DNA of 64,000 nucleotides, taken from contig JAANOX010000002.1 of the NCBI GenBank assembly GCA_020184695.1, forward strand, positions 372,001-436,000. The letters are read 5' to 3'. A program made the translations under genes and the position numbers. This document shows positions 32,191 to 43,785 of the stretch, in pieces. How positions within the stretch are numbered: the stretch's first letter is position 1; each line of letters opens with the position of its first letter. A model generated the notes under the pieces. It ran no database searches. It was not told the DNA's origin and saw only the letters and a list, made by a program, of their open reading frames with translations. This stretch comes from Histomonas meleagridis 2922-C6/04-290x (Eukaryota; Protista; Parabasalia).

Positions 32191-34845
32191 TTAGGCTTTG
32201 ATGTGCTCTCTGAGTTTGATACTCCAAGCGAATAAGACGAATGCCAAAATCGTTGCGATTCCTTCGATTGGTAACTTCTTAATCAATTCGCTGATTGACT
32301 TTTCGATGACTACTCTCTGTGTGTAGATTGGCTTCTCGTTGTCATCCTCTCCGATTCTTCTCAGTTCGATTCCGCATGCGCCGTTGAGTCCCTCGGTGGT
32401 GTAACTCAAACGACTTCCCTTCTTCTTCTGCGTGAGTGGAACGACGTCTACTAAGTCGCCCTGCTTGTCGTAGATGTTTGCCTTCAATGCGCCGCTTGGC
32501 AACTTCTTGTTGTCCACAATTATGTTGTAGTCAACGATTAAATATTTTGCGGATTCGATGACTTTGGACTTGATGTCGATGCTGCCGATGACTTTGACTT
32601 TCGATTGGTATAAACCGGACTCAGTGTTCACTGGAACGAGTTCTTTGCCTTTACGTATCATTATCGCAATGGTTATTTCACCTGATGGAATAGCGCCGGT
32701 GATTTGGATCTTAGCGTTATACTTGTCGTCAATTAATTTGGCCTTCTTCTCAAGTAACACGTTCTTAGTCTCTGGATTTATGATGACAATGACTGGATAT
32801 GCGTATGTTGATGTGAGTACTTTATCACTATCTTTGTCTTTAAGAACAAATTGTAACTTAAGCTTGTCGCCGTATTTCAAGTTATCAGTGCTAATTTTAT
32901 CGCCTTCAGCAATGATTGTTGTGCTTACTTTGATGAAGCATTCCTTCTCTTGTTGTAATAAAATTGGTTCATTTGATTCTGAGTCAAATAAGAAGTCAAC
33001 TGTGAATCCGGTTGCGATATCTAAGTTCTCGTCAACATTACTTTCGAATTCGACATATAATTTCTTTTCTTTATCAACTTTAACATCACCGTCAATAGTT
33101 TTAATGACTGAATCTCCAACTTTAATGCGCATCTTATATTGTTGTGTTTCGGATGATGTCTGTGGATAAAATGCTTCGCCTGATGCATCAATTAATTCTC
33201 CTTTAATGATTTCTTCATTTTGGAATGGTACATATTCTTGTCCAATCTCTAATGCTGGTGTCATCTTAACCTTAAGGACATCGCTTAATTTAAGATCTGT
33301 TGGCAATTCGATGTTAATTGCGGACATTGTACCTTCGACTTTATAAGAGAATTCTTTACGTGTGTGAATGCCATTAACTTTATCACCAATTTCAATAATC
33401 GCCTTTAAGTTACCAATTGGTATAGCTAATGATGGTAATTGGTATGTAAACTCAAGTTGTGTCTTGAAGTCTTCATTCTTATGATATAAAATTGCGCCGG
33501 CGGAATCGGTGATTTGGAATGTGACTGCTGTTGTTGGTTGAACTTCAATTGATTCATCAAATTTGCCTTCGATTTTAACATTGAAGTTAACTCCGGGTGA
33601 AACTACGCCACCAACTGGGATGATCTCATCTGCTTGGAGATATGCTTCGCATGAGACATCAACTGGTAATGAAACATGTGCACGGACAGATTTGGTGATG
33701 ACAAGTGGAATGCTCATCTCTGTTGTGAACCATGCAACAACATCAATTCCCATTTGGCCAAGTTTGTTAACAGATGCAAAACGTTGGGCATTGTAAAGAC
33801 CTGTCTTATAGTCGATTTGTAATGTTTCGGTGTATGGAGCTTCATCACCTAAAAGTGTTGTGACATTGACTCTCATTAATGGATTGACAAATCTGCCAAG
33901 TGAGGTAACTGCAATGACTGGATGGATAACTTGTTGTACTTTAACTCCTTCCTTTTCAATATCAAACATGTTGCCTTCGACTGATCCACATAATACTTTG
34001 ATTTCAAAGAATTTGGAAATTTCACCAGAGGCTGAAAGAATGACATTGGCATAGTATAAATCAGCTAATGAGCCACTCATCTTAACTGCATGGACAAGTG
34101 AAATTGGGAATGCTTCTCCACCAAGGAAGTAAAGGAAGCGAGCACCTGCAGCTGCTTCTTCGTTGTCAAGTTTTCCTTCTTTGATTTGTGCATTTAACTT
34201 GGAAATGACATATTCGGAAATGCGATGATATGGAATGGAAAGAGAAATGAACTTAGCAATGGAACCAGCATAAAGTTGAGCTTTGATTGGAGAAACACCT
34301 TCGATTTCAAAATGATCTTCAACAAGGAGATCTGTAATGAAATTCTTTGTGGCAAATGTGTTGAGCCAAGTGGTATCAGAATCATGGAACCTTGAAAGAA
34401 GTTGGTAAGCATAGTATGTTGCTTCAATTGATGGTTGTGATTCTGGTGTATCCTTGAATAAACCTGAAACCATATCATAGTTAGAATGAAGGAATTCAGT
34501 GATACGTTGGATATCAATTGATTCTGGAGCAATCATTGTGCACATGATGAAGTAGAGATAAGTTCCATAAATTGAGGATTTAGATCCTGGAGTAAGAGCT
34601 GCACCTCCATCACGGTTATGAAGGGTTTGGATCCAACGGAAGCAAGTTTTAGCTTCAATATATGGGAAGGCACCATAGGTAGCGGCAATCCAAACAGCAC
34701 GGTATGTATCACGTGCATTTGCTTCACGATCAGTGTCATAAAAACCACCACTCTGGTGTTGGAAACGAATTAAGTCTGTGACCTCCTTTCCCATTGTGTA
34801 GGCATCAATAAGGGAAGATGCAAGAGTCAAAAGACCAAAAAACAT
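32191..34845 (-). CDS. Type I membrane protein with luminal prenyltransferase-like (PFTB) repeats; possibly ribophorin II/Swp1-like
   Basis: Signal-like N-terminus MFFGLLTLASSLIDA (ATG 34845). Repeats FQHQSGGF..DTYRAVWI, LHNRDGGA..YGTYLYF and SGLF..EATYYAYQLL. Beta-rich middle region and a C-terminal TM segment (IATILAFVLFAWSI). Confidence 0.6.
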   Translation of the reverse strand: MFFGLLTLASSLIDAYTMGKEVTDLIRFQHQSGGFYDTDREANARDTYRAVWIAATYGAFPYIEAKTCFRWIQTLHNRDGGAALTPGSKSSIYGTYLYFIMCTMIAPESIDIQRITEFLHSNYDMVSGLFKDTPESQPSIEATYYAYQLLSRFHDSDTTWLNTFATKNFITDLLVEDHFEIEGVSPIKAQLYAGSIAKFISLSIPYHRISEYVISKLNAQIKEGKLDNEEAAAGARFLYFLGGEAFPISLVHAVKMSGSLADLYYANVILSASGEISKFFEIKVLCGSVEGNMFDIEKEGVKVQQVIHPVIAVTSLGRFVNPLMRVNVTTLLGDEAPYTETLQIDYKTGLYNAQRFASVNKLGQMGIDVVAWFTTEMSIPLVITKSVRAHVSLPVDVSCEAYLQADEIIPVGGVVSPGVNFNVKIEGKFDESIEVQPTTAVTFQITDSAGAILYHKNEDFKTQLEFTYQLPSLAIPIGNLKAIIEIGDKVNGIHTRKEFSYKVEGTMSAINIELPTDLKLSDVLKVKMTPALEIGQEYVPFQNEEIIKGELIDASGEAFYPQTSSETQQYKMRIKVGDSVIKTIDGDVKVDKEKKLYVEFESNVDENLDIATGFTVDFLFDSESNEPILLQQEKECFIKVSTTIIAEGDKISTDNLKYGDKLKLQFVLKDKDSDKVLTSTYAYPVIVIINPETKNVLLEKKAKLIDDKYNAKIQITGAIPSGEITIAIMIRKGKELVPVNTESGLYQSKVKVIGSIDIKSKVIESAKYLIVDYNIIVDNKKLPSGALKANIYDKQGDLVDVVPLTQKKKGSRLSYTTEGLNGACGIELRRIGEDDNEKPIYTQRVVIEKSISELIKKLPIEGIATILAFVLFAWSIKLREHIKA

Positions 34846-35241
34846 ATTGTGACACTTTTTACCGGCCTCGTGCTGTGAAAAATGACGGTTATTGAAATAA
34901 TTGGCGATGTCATTTGACAACTCAAATGGCGGTTGTCCGTTTTGAAATAATTTCGGAAGTTATCAATTCAAAAACGCTTTATCGTTTCTTTATTCATTGT
35001 ACGTTAAAAAGCCCGGCAAAATAAATTGTTCAAATAATATCTACATAAAAAACGACAAATTAAGTATAATCCGGTTATGTTCATTGGTATATTGGACATA
35101 TAGACATAAAGATTAATCTCAAGTGGCTGTTTGGGGTGAGGTTGAAAAAGATCAATTCAAGTGGAAAATAATCGTTATATTGGTGAAAAAGTTGTAATTA
35201 ACGGTCGCTATTGTAAGATATTTAAATAAATTCATTTTTAT

Positions 35242-38056
35242 ATGTGTGAAACAAAATTTGGGACATCACAGACAGATTTTTTAGAAAGTAAAATAGAGAG
35301 TTCTAAAGGTGGATTCACCATAATGCATTTTTTAACTGAACTTGAACAAATAATTTTCAATTTAAATGAAGAAAATTTTAATATATCAATTCATCAAGCA
35401 ATGAATTTATTTGATTCTAATTTTGCATATTCATTTAATATTGCTATTTGTATATTATCATATACAGCATTTTCTTCTTTAAGGAATGAATACGATTTAT
35501 ATTTTCAATTTCTAAAAACAATTAAATCAAAAGAAGACGAAATAAGTAATAACAATTATAAAGCAATTGATATTTTTGGTAAATATGTTTCTAAAATTGA
35601 AACACAAGAAGCATATTTTCTTATAGAAAGAATGATTATGGAAAATTTAATTAGCAAAAATGTTACAGTCAATATTCAATCTAAATATTTTGCTCATTAT
35701 AAAACAGAATCAAAGAATAAAAACATTAATAAAAATGATCCATTCTTTGAAAAATTTTATCATAGTTATTCTCAACTTTCAAAAAATGATTGGGAACTTC
35801 ATAAGAAATATGTTAAAGAAGGAGTTAATCCAAATGAACTTGCGAAAATAATTCGAAATGATGAAATAGAAAAACTTCAAGAAATATCATCACAAAATGA
35901 TTTTGATTTTAATCAAACAATTGAACCATCACTTTATGAAAGATATTCGTTTATTAATAAAGAAAATGTTTCATTAATTGGTTTTGCAGCATTTTTTTCA
36001 GCAGAAAAATGTTTTAAATATTTATTTATGAATGGTGCAAACGTAAATGACATTGGTAAATATGCAATTGCAGGTGGAAACTTAGAGATCATTTATTTAT
36101 GTGGACAAAATCAAGCATCATTTGACGATTTATTTGAAATTGCAATTCAATTTCATCGAAATGATATCTTTAAATATATCTATGATAAAGATTATCAAGA
36201 TGAAAATCATTCACAATTAATGAATAATATACATTTCACAAATGAATTTGGGCAAAAAGATTATAATAAATTAATTAATATTTGTGTTAAAAGTGAAAAT
36301 TATGAAATTTTTTCATTTATAGAAAAAGAAGATAAAATTGATAATTTTATTATAAATGAAGCAGCAAAAATTGGGAATTTTTATCTCGTTAAGCATTTGA
36401 TTGATAATAATCGCATTCCAAAAGATATTTTGATATTTTCTTCTTGTTCTGATAACATAGAACTAGTAAAATATATTATTAAACAAAAAGTTATTAATAT
36501 TAATGAAAAAGATATTTTTTTTATTACTTTTAAAATCTGTTTTTTGAATTTGACGATTTAAGATTATATTTGGAATATAATATAAATATTTTGCACAGCA
36601 CTTATTAGAGCTTCTGAAAATGGGAATAGTGAAATCATAAAAATACTTCTTAAACAAGATAAAATTGATGTCAATCTTAAAAACATTAATTTGTTTTAAA
36701 TAAAGTTTTTTTCAATGATTTTATATTTTTTATTAATATTTGGAAATTATTTCTAATTTTTGATATCGCACTAATGACAGCTTCTAAAAATGGGAATAAT
36801 GATGTTTTAAAATTACTTATTGAACAAGGGGGATCTAATATTAATACTAGAAATATTCAATTATTTTGTATTATTTTTGTTTTTTTAATTAGATATTTTA
36901 AAAAAATATTTGGAAATTGTTCAATTTTTTTTTAATACAGCAATTATATATGCATCTGAATATGGCCATACAGAAGTAGTTAAATTACTTATTGAACAAG
37001 AAGGAATTGATATTAATGCTAAAAATATTTATTTCTTAATATCAACATTTAATTTAATAATTTATTGTTTCGAAATTGAATTTAGAAATTGTCAAAAATA
37101 TTTAATACAGCACTTATTTTAGCTTCTTTAAATCGATATCTTGATATTGTCAAACTCTTACTTCAAAAAGGAAACATAAATATCAATGAACAAAATTTTT
37201 ATTTGTATTATTCATTGTTTATTGTATTTGTTTGATGTATCACAATAATATTTGGAAATTATTTTGATTATTTAAAACAGCACTTATAATTGCATCTTCA
37301 AAAGGTCATACAGAAATAGTTAAATTACTTCTTGAACAAGAAGGAATTGATATTAACGAAAAAAAATATTTATGTATTTTATTTAGAATTTATTTTAAGA
37401 ATTTTGGATTTCAAAATAATATTTGGAAATTATTTATATTATTTGATACAGCACTTATGTTTGCATCTTCAAATGGTCATACAGAAATAGTTAATTTACT
37501 TCTTGAACAAGAAGGAATTGACATTAATGCTTTAGATATTTATTTGTTTTATTTTATGTTTATTTTAATAATTTAGAATTTTAAAATAATATTTGGAAAT
37601 TATTTAAATTATTTAAAACAGCACTTATATTAGCATCTGATAATGGTAGAATAGAAATAGTTAAATTACTTCTTGAACAAGAAGGAATTGGTATTAATGC
37701 TAAAGATATTTATTTGTTTTATTTAAAATTTATTTGAATAATTTAATATTTCAAAATAATATTTGGAAATTATTTATATTATTTAGAACAGCACTTATGA
37801 AAGCAACTGAAAAAGGTCATACAGAAATAGTTAAATTACTTCGTGAAAAAAAAGGAATTGATATTAATGCTAAAGATATTTATTTGTTTTATTTAAAATT
37901 TATTTTAATAATTTTGGATTTCAAAATAATATTTGGAAATTATTTATATTATTTGATACAGCACTTATTTCAGCATCTAGAAATGGTCATACAGAAATAG
38001 TTAATTTACTTCTTGAACAAGAAGGAATTAAAATAGATGATTCCAAGCGAATATAG
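35242..38056 (+). CDS. DUF3447-type ankyrin gene with 9 spacer-interrupted ankyrin modules (170-nt period)
   Basis: ORF 35242-36561, then 90-nt modules starting at 36595, 36765, 36937, 37107, 37277, 37448, 37618 and 37788, and a last module 37958-38056 (TAG). Spacers are 81,80,82,80,80,81,80,80,80 nt. Confidence 0.78.
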
Positions 38057-38259
38057 ATTTCTTGGAAAAATTATGGAAATTTTGAAACTATCTTTATTTA
38101 TTTCTATAGAAGCATATGCTATTTTTAGAAATTATTTAAAATCGATGATTTTTTAGAAATAATTTTATTTGTTTGATAATTTTTCATACATGTCATCTTA
38201 TATTATGAGTTTATGGTTATATAAGCTTGATGTTGAAGATCTTTATGTGGAATATTCAT

Positions 38260-38420
38260 CAGTGCACATGTGCATTGAATTATATGATAATTTCCATCAG
38301 TTTTGGAGCTGATTATACCATAGCACAGCCTGTGCTATGTAAGGCTAAGAATTCCAAATCTTTGGTTTTGGGACGAACGAATAGTTATGGGCAATTAGGT
38401 CTTGGGAATATGATTAGATA
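38260..38420 (+). pseudogene. RCC1-like repeat fragment
   Basis: ISFGADYTIA...GRTNSYGQLGLGN resembles one RCC1 blade (GxNxxGQLG); no surrounding gene. Confidence 0.4.
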
Positions 38421-38700
38421 TATAATTTTAGTCTGATCAAATTTAATTCCAAACAACGTTTTATGGGTTCCACATGTTGTGGTTTCTTTACACTCCTTCT
38501 TACTGACTCAACCTTTGTGTAGGGAATCCCATACAAATCAAGTTAGATAAGGATTTATGGATATCAAAAAATGAAATTTTATCGCATAAAAACTCAACAC
38601 ATCAAATTCAGGCGCGTGGCCCATCTCAAAAAAAACAAACTTTTTGTATGTATAATTGAATTGAGTTGACCGGTTTATTTTGAACACAATAACTTCTCAA

Positions 38701-39312
38701 ATGAGAGCTGCCACAGATGAAAACAGGCGCAACAAAGCTAGATCCATTAAAGTTGTTGTAATTGGTGATTCTGCTGTTGGAAAGACTTGTATAATTAACA
38801 TCGCAAACACTGGAGAAGTTGGAAGTAAACCAAATCCAACAGTTGGTGCGTGTTTTGTTGTGAACAAATATACCTTTGGTGACACTCAAATCAAGTTAAA
38901 CATATGGGACACTGCAGGACAAGAAAGATATCGTTCTTTAGCTCCAATGTATTATCATGATATGAACGTTGCAATTGTTGTTTATGCGATTGACAGCATT
39001 GAATCATTCCGTTCTGTTGATCAGTGGGTTGATGGAATACATTCAGAATTCGAAAAAATGCCAAAATTGTATCTCATTGGAAATAAAACCGATTTAGAAG
39101 AGAACAGAAAAATTTCAAATCAGGATGGTTATGAATGCGCTCAAAGAATTGGTGCCACATTTATAGAAACCACTACTCAACAACCAGAAATTATAATTGA
39201 ATTATTCAAAAGAATTGCCGAACAAGCAGCTCAAGAGCAAGCACATCAACCAGAACAACCCAAACTTGTGGAAATAAAAGAAACAGAAGAGAAATCTTCA
39301 TGTTGCAAATAA
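38701..39312 (+). CDS. Rab-family small GTPase
   Basis: [39 protein letters not shown] and a C-terminal CCK prenylation motif. First ATG is at 38701. Confidence 0.93.
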   Translation: MRAATDENRRNKARSIKVVVIGDSAVGKTCIINIANTGEVGSKPNPTVGACFVVNKYTFGDTQIKLNIWDTAGQERYRSLAPMYYHDMNVAIVVYAIDSIESFRSVDQWVDGIHSEFEKMPKLYLIGNKTDLEENRKISNQDGYECAQRIGATFIETTTQQPEIIIELFKRIAEQAAQEQAHQPEQPKLVEIKETEEKSSCCK

Positions 39313-39451
39313 TTACGTAATGTAATTCCTACATTAAGTACTTATTGTAACAATAAATTGTTCGTTTGTTCACGCATAAATAACATAACTATCTTAAAAT
39401 ATTGGTTTTTATTATGTACCGATACATATAAACTATTCAAAACAAATTATT

Positions 39452-42400
39452 TTATTTTTTCTCTTGTTCAAACAATAACCCAATGACTTTTGTAGCTGCT
39501 ATTGCAATTTCATCATGTTGGTCAGATACGAAATCAATTATCCTTTCGATATAATTCAAAGCTTGACTTTGGTTCATATTACCAACAAATCTGATTGCAG
39601 CAGTAATCATCCAAACATTCATTGACTCGAAGAAAATACCGAGTACAATGGATACATCATTTTGTATACTTTCTTGGTAGATATCAAAATCATATTTTGT
39701 CAACTTTTCGACAATTTTTGGATTTTGATGTAATTCGATTAACTTATAAACAATATAATATTTCGTCTTAAACTCATCTGCTTTCGAACGTATAACATCA
39801 TCCAATACATTTATTAGATTAATATCATTATCAAAATTACTTTTGTTACATAACTCTACAACAATTCCAAATAAAAATTGATTAATGTTCTTATTAATAT
39901 TATCTGAAAACTTGTAACAAAAATTATGTAAACAAATAGATATTGCATCGAATAACTCATTCGACTTACATTGACACATCTTAAAAAGAGTTTGTAATAT
40001 TCGTGTATGTAAAGGTTGCTCCACCGATACAAAAGTGACATCGCTTCTTTGGATGAATTTCACCAGACCGTTTACGCAACAAAGTGAAGTCAAAACGCCG
40101 AAAAGATGACCAAACGATAACAATGTTTGGAAATATAAATTAAAAATACCTGAATCATCATTAAGTTTTGGTATTCGAAGTAATACTTCGCCACAGAATC
40201 CAGCAATTCCTGATGAAATTTTACCTTTATTTAATTCACAAGTTGACATTAAAAAGTTCATAACATAAACTAACATTGATACATCATTTTGTAACATTGC
40301 ATTTATACAATTATCAAAAACATTATTAGCGTCATTTATCAAAACAACTCCAGGTTTAATTCGATTAAATGCTATGTTTAATATTTCATCAAATTTTTGT
40401 AATTGTTTTGATTCCATAAAACATTTTAATGTTTCGAATTTTTGGATTTCAGGAATAAAAAGTTTCGAAATGTTTAAAAATAATTTTCGAGAAAATCCAA
40501 GAATTAACAAAGAAGATAAAAGTTGGAACAAATGTACCAAAGGAATTTCATTATCGAATTGTAAAACGAAACCGACAAAACTTAATATTTTAATAATTTG
40601 TTTTTCATCTTCTGGAATTTCGAGTAATTTCACGCAAAATTGTTGAATTAATAATTCGACACATTGTGATTCGTTTAAAGTCTTTTTCATTATTTCACAT
40701 GAAAATGAGTTATAACCTATATCAAGTGCAGCTTTAACAAAAATATCGGAATTAATGATTAACAATTGTTGAATAAATTCGGGTATTACTTGGATTTTAT
40801 TAGAAAATATATCTTTCGATAAATATGTAATACAATTATGTCTTGGGAACAATGAGTTTTTCATAATGATTGATAACACATATGAATAATTTGGTTTCCC
40901 TAAATAAATTGCTTTTAGTGAATATTCAATAATTGATTTTATTTCGTCGGAAGTTAATAATTGATATAATTGATTAAAATCTTTAATTTCTTCATTAAGA
41001 TTTCGATCAATATTATATAATAATATCGATGATAAAAATGAATATTTGTTCTCTTTATATGAAATAGATGTTAAAACACTTATACATTTAGTTAAAAATG
41101 GAATTTTTCCAAGTTGAATTTCTGTATAGAAATTATTTGAATTCGGTTTGTTTAACATTGATAAAATTTCATATATTAATTGAAGAATTTGTTCTTTTTC
41201 AATATTTGGTATTAAAACTTGTAATAATAATAACAAAATATCGATATTTGGCAATACACTTATTAAAGCGAAAATAAAAGATTTTAATTCATTAAATAAT
41301 TTTTCATCATTTAATGAAATCGAAATAATTTGTGGAGTTAAAACTTTTTCTTTAATTACTTTAAATTGATTATTTGTTAAACATGGCGGAACTTGAATGA
41401 AATATTTTAGAGCAGATAATGAATGTAAAGCGATTTGTTTTTGTTTAGAAGTATTATTTATAAAACTATTTATTATATATTGGAAGAAATAATCGGGATT
41501 TTTGATTGAAAAAGAAGTATTTTTATTAAATGTAATTCTTTCGCAAGCACTTTCTATGCAAAATATTGCATTTACTTCTTTCTTTTTGGTTAATATATAA
41601 ATTAAATGAAATATATAATCACGTATCTTATTAACAAATGAATTAATTTGTAATTCTTTTATAATATTTAATAATGTTTTTGAGATGAAATAATTTGTTA
41701 TTGGGATTTTATTTTTGCCCATTAAAATCGGTGATTTCATTTGTATCCATTTATCTAAAATTGGAAATATTAATTCATCATTATGCGATGAAACTTTACC
41801 TAAAAATATTGAAAAAGCATTTAATAAATTATTATCATCAAAAGTATATATTAAAAACAATTTATCTAAACTTGAAGAACTTACATCACTTGGTAAATAA
41901 GGAATTAATGCATTAAATATTCTTAAACAATTTATGGTATGTTTTATATTAAAATTATTTTTGATTTCTTCAATTATAACTGAACATAAAGAAAGTCGAA
42001 AATTATTATCATTAATTGAATTCATTAAATTTGATAATAATATATCAATTGAAGAATTTTCATCTTTATTTTGTTCAAATAATTTATTTGCTGTATTAAA
42101 TACATTTCTAATTTCTTCAAATGCCATCGGAAATGTAAAGTTAAAGAAAACAGATAAAATAGATATTAATGATGAAGAATAAGGATGAAATATTCCAAGT
42201 GAAATTAATGATGAAATAGATCTTAATAAAAATATTGACTTTTCATTCACATTTTTCTTCATGAATATCGTAGCTAAAGGATGTAATTCACTTGATTTTG
42301 AATCTTCATCAGGTTCATGTACATAAAAAGAAGTATTTTTTTGATTTAATCCTAAACTAATTAAATACATAATCGAAGATATTAACGGGATTTTAGTATC

Positions 42401-43705
42401 ATCAAATAAATCATCACATAATATATCAAAAACTTGTGACTTATAACATTCGTTTATACTTAACATTTGTAAAAAGTAATGTGAATTTTGTAATGAAATT
42501 GCAGAATTAGTAATATAATTAATCATTGATACTAAATCAGTATCAGATACATTATCTTGTTGTAATATATCTAATGATAAACGACATAATGATGGATATA
42601 TAATTCTTCGTGATGCGATTCCAATTATAGTACATATTATCATTTGAATTTGTTCTTGTGAAAATGAAATTGTTTTAATAAGATTTGAAATAATATGAAA
42701 TATAACAGAAGGAATATTGGTATCAATCATTGATAATAATATCGATAATACAATTTCTGTGTTTTCTTTCGATATTTTAATGATTGTCTCAAGTGAATGT
42801 GTAAAGAGTATTGTTGAACAAATATGTTCCATTTCAGCTGCTACAATTGGAAAGTCTCCGCCTTTTGATATAGTTACATTTGATTTTTTATATTCTGAAC
42901 ACATTACATTTATAATAAAATTCATTGAAACTGTTATTAAATTATTCGTTATAGAAAATAATGAAAACATATCAATGTACAAAAGAATGATATCTTCTGA
43001 TAAATTTATGTTAATTTGATTAAGTTTCTTGGCATATTGATTAAGTAAAATTGGACATGCTTCAGGATATAATGAATTAAAAATATTAATAATGCAATCA
43101 CATCCTTCTTTGGTTGGATGATCAAGGTTATGATGGAATATATATCGGAAACATTTGCTAAGAAAGAGTGTAGGCTCATGTGTATGCTTTGATAAAGATG
43201 AAACAAATTGAATAAAATATTTGTTGTAATTTGGAATAATAGGATTTTTTACCTCATCTAATGTAGAGATAATTTTATTGGAAATATAGGTAGAACAATG
43301 TGTAAGAGTAATAAGATTTGTGATTGAATTTAAATTATTGATAAAAACTGAATTTGATGATTCTTCAGAAATAATAATTGACTTGCAAATTGTGTCCCAA
43401 AGAGAGAAAACTTCTTGACTTTTTGAATCTAAAATTCGTGTTTGAAATGTTTGGAAAATTTTTAATGCAAGATCATTGTTTTCTTCTGACTGAAAGTATA
43501 TTTCATTAAATATTCTAAGTGTCCTTTCTGATATAGGAATTTGTCCTTCAATTAATTTTAGAAAAAATTGTAGTACTAAATGTTGTTTTGTTTTTGATAT
43601 TGCCTTCAATGCTTTCATGGATGCCTCAAGTACATCACCCTTTCGTATTGTAATATTAGATATTAATCTGATAATAACTTTGGAAAATTCTTCTTGTTCC
43701 GACAT
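39452..43705 (-). CDS. Large HEAT-repeat protein (possibly MROH/maestro-like)
   Basis: Helical ORF of about 1417 aa from MSEQEEFSK (ATG 43705). The upstream track extension overlaps the divergent gene. Confidence 0.6.
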   Translation of the reverse strand: MSEQEEFSKVIIRLISNITIRKGDVLEASMKALKAISKTKQHLVLQFFLKLIEGQIPISERTLRIFNEIYFQSEENNDLALKIFQTFQTRILDSKSQEVFSLWDTICKSIIISEESSNSVFINNLNSITNLITLTHCSTYISNKIISTLDEVKNPIIPNYNKYFIQFVSSLSKHTHEPTLFLSKCFRYIFHHNLDHPTKEGCDCIINIFNSLYPEACPILLNQYAKKLNQININLSEDIILLYIDMFSLFSITNNLITVSMNFIINVMCSEYKKSNVTISKGGDFPIVAAEMEHICSTILFTHSLETIIKISKENTEIVLSILLSMIDTNIPSVIFHIISNLIKTISFSQEQIQMIICTIIGIASRRIIYPSLCRLSLDILQQDNVSDTDLVSMINYITNSAISLQNSHYFLQMLSINECYKSQVFDILCDDLFDDTKIPLISSIMYLISLGLNQKNTSFYVHEPDEDSKSSELHPLATIFMKKNVNEKSIFLLRSISSLISLGIFHPYSSSLISILSVFFNFTFPMAFEEIRNVFNTANKLFEQNKDENSSIDILLSNLMNSINDNNFRLSLCSVIIEEIKNNFNIKHTINCLRIFNALIPYLPSDVSSSSLDKLFLIYTFDDNNLLNAFSIFLGKVSSHNDELIFPILDKWIQMKSPILMGKNKIPITNYFISKTLLNIIKELQINSFVNKIRDYIFHLIYILTKKKEVNAIFCIESACERITFNKNTSFSIKNPDYFFQYIINSFINNTSKQKQIALHSLSALKYFIQVPPCLTNNQFKVIKEKVLTPQIISISLNDEKLFNELKSFIFALISVLPNIDILLLLLQVLIPNIEKEQILQLIYEILSMLNKPNSNNFYTEIQLGKIPFLTKCISVLTSISYKENKYSFLSSILLYNIDRNLNEEIKDFNQLYQLLTSDEIKSIIEYSLKAIYLGKPNYSYVLSIIMKNSLFPRHNCITYLSKDIFSNKIQVIPEFIQQLLIINSDIFVKAALDIGYNSFSCEIMKKTLNESQCVELLIQQFCVKLLEIPEDEKQIIKILSFVGFVLQFDNEIPLVHLFQLLSSLLILGFSRKLFLNISKLFIPEIQKFETLKCFMESKQLQKFDEILNIAFNRIKPGVVLINDANNVFDNCINAMLQNDVSMLVYVMNFLMSTCELNKGKISSGIAGFCGEVLLRIPKLNDDSGIFNLYFQTLLSFGHLFGVLTSLCCVNGLVKFIQRSDVTFVSVEQPLHTRILQTLFKMCQCKSNELFDAISICLHNFCYKFSDNINKNINQFLFGIVVELCNKSNFDNDINLINVLDDVIRSKADEFKTKYYIVYKLIELHQNPKIVEKLTKYDFDIYQESIQNDVSIVLGIFFESMNVWMITAAIRFVGNMNQSQALNYIERIIDFVSDQHDEIAIAATKVIGLLFEQEKK

Positions 43706-43785
43706 TTTTTGAGCGGTTATTAGGTAAGATTGAATAGAAAACCGTTTATTTTTCTTGTAAATATAAACGGCAGCTAGAACAGACG

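Noticed and set aside
37708-37791. Canonical GT-AG splicing using ATTTATTT|GT and ACAG|CA
   Set aside because: That pairing leaves the next module out of frame. Many inserts lack the GT (ATTCATTTGA, ATTTTTTTT, ATTTATTTCT), two junctions lack the AG (ATC GCA at 36765, ACT GCA at 15351), and there is no ACTAAC branch motif.
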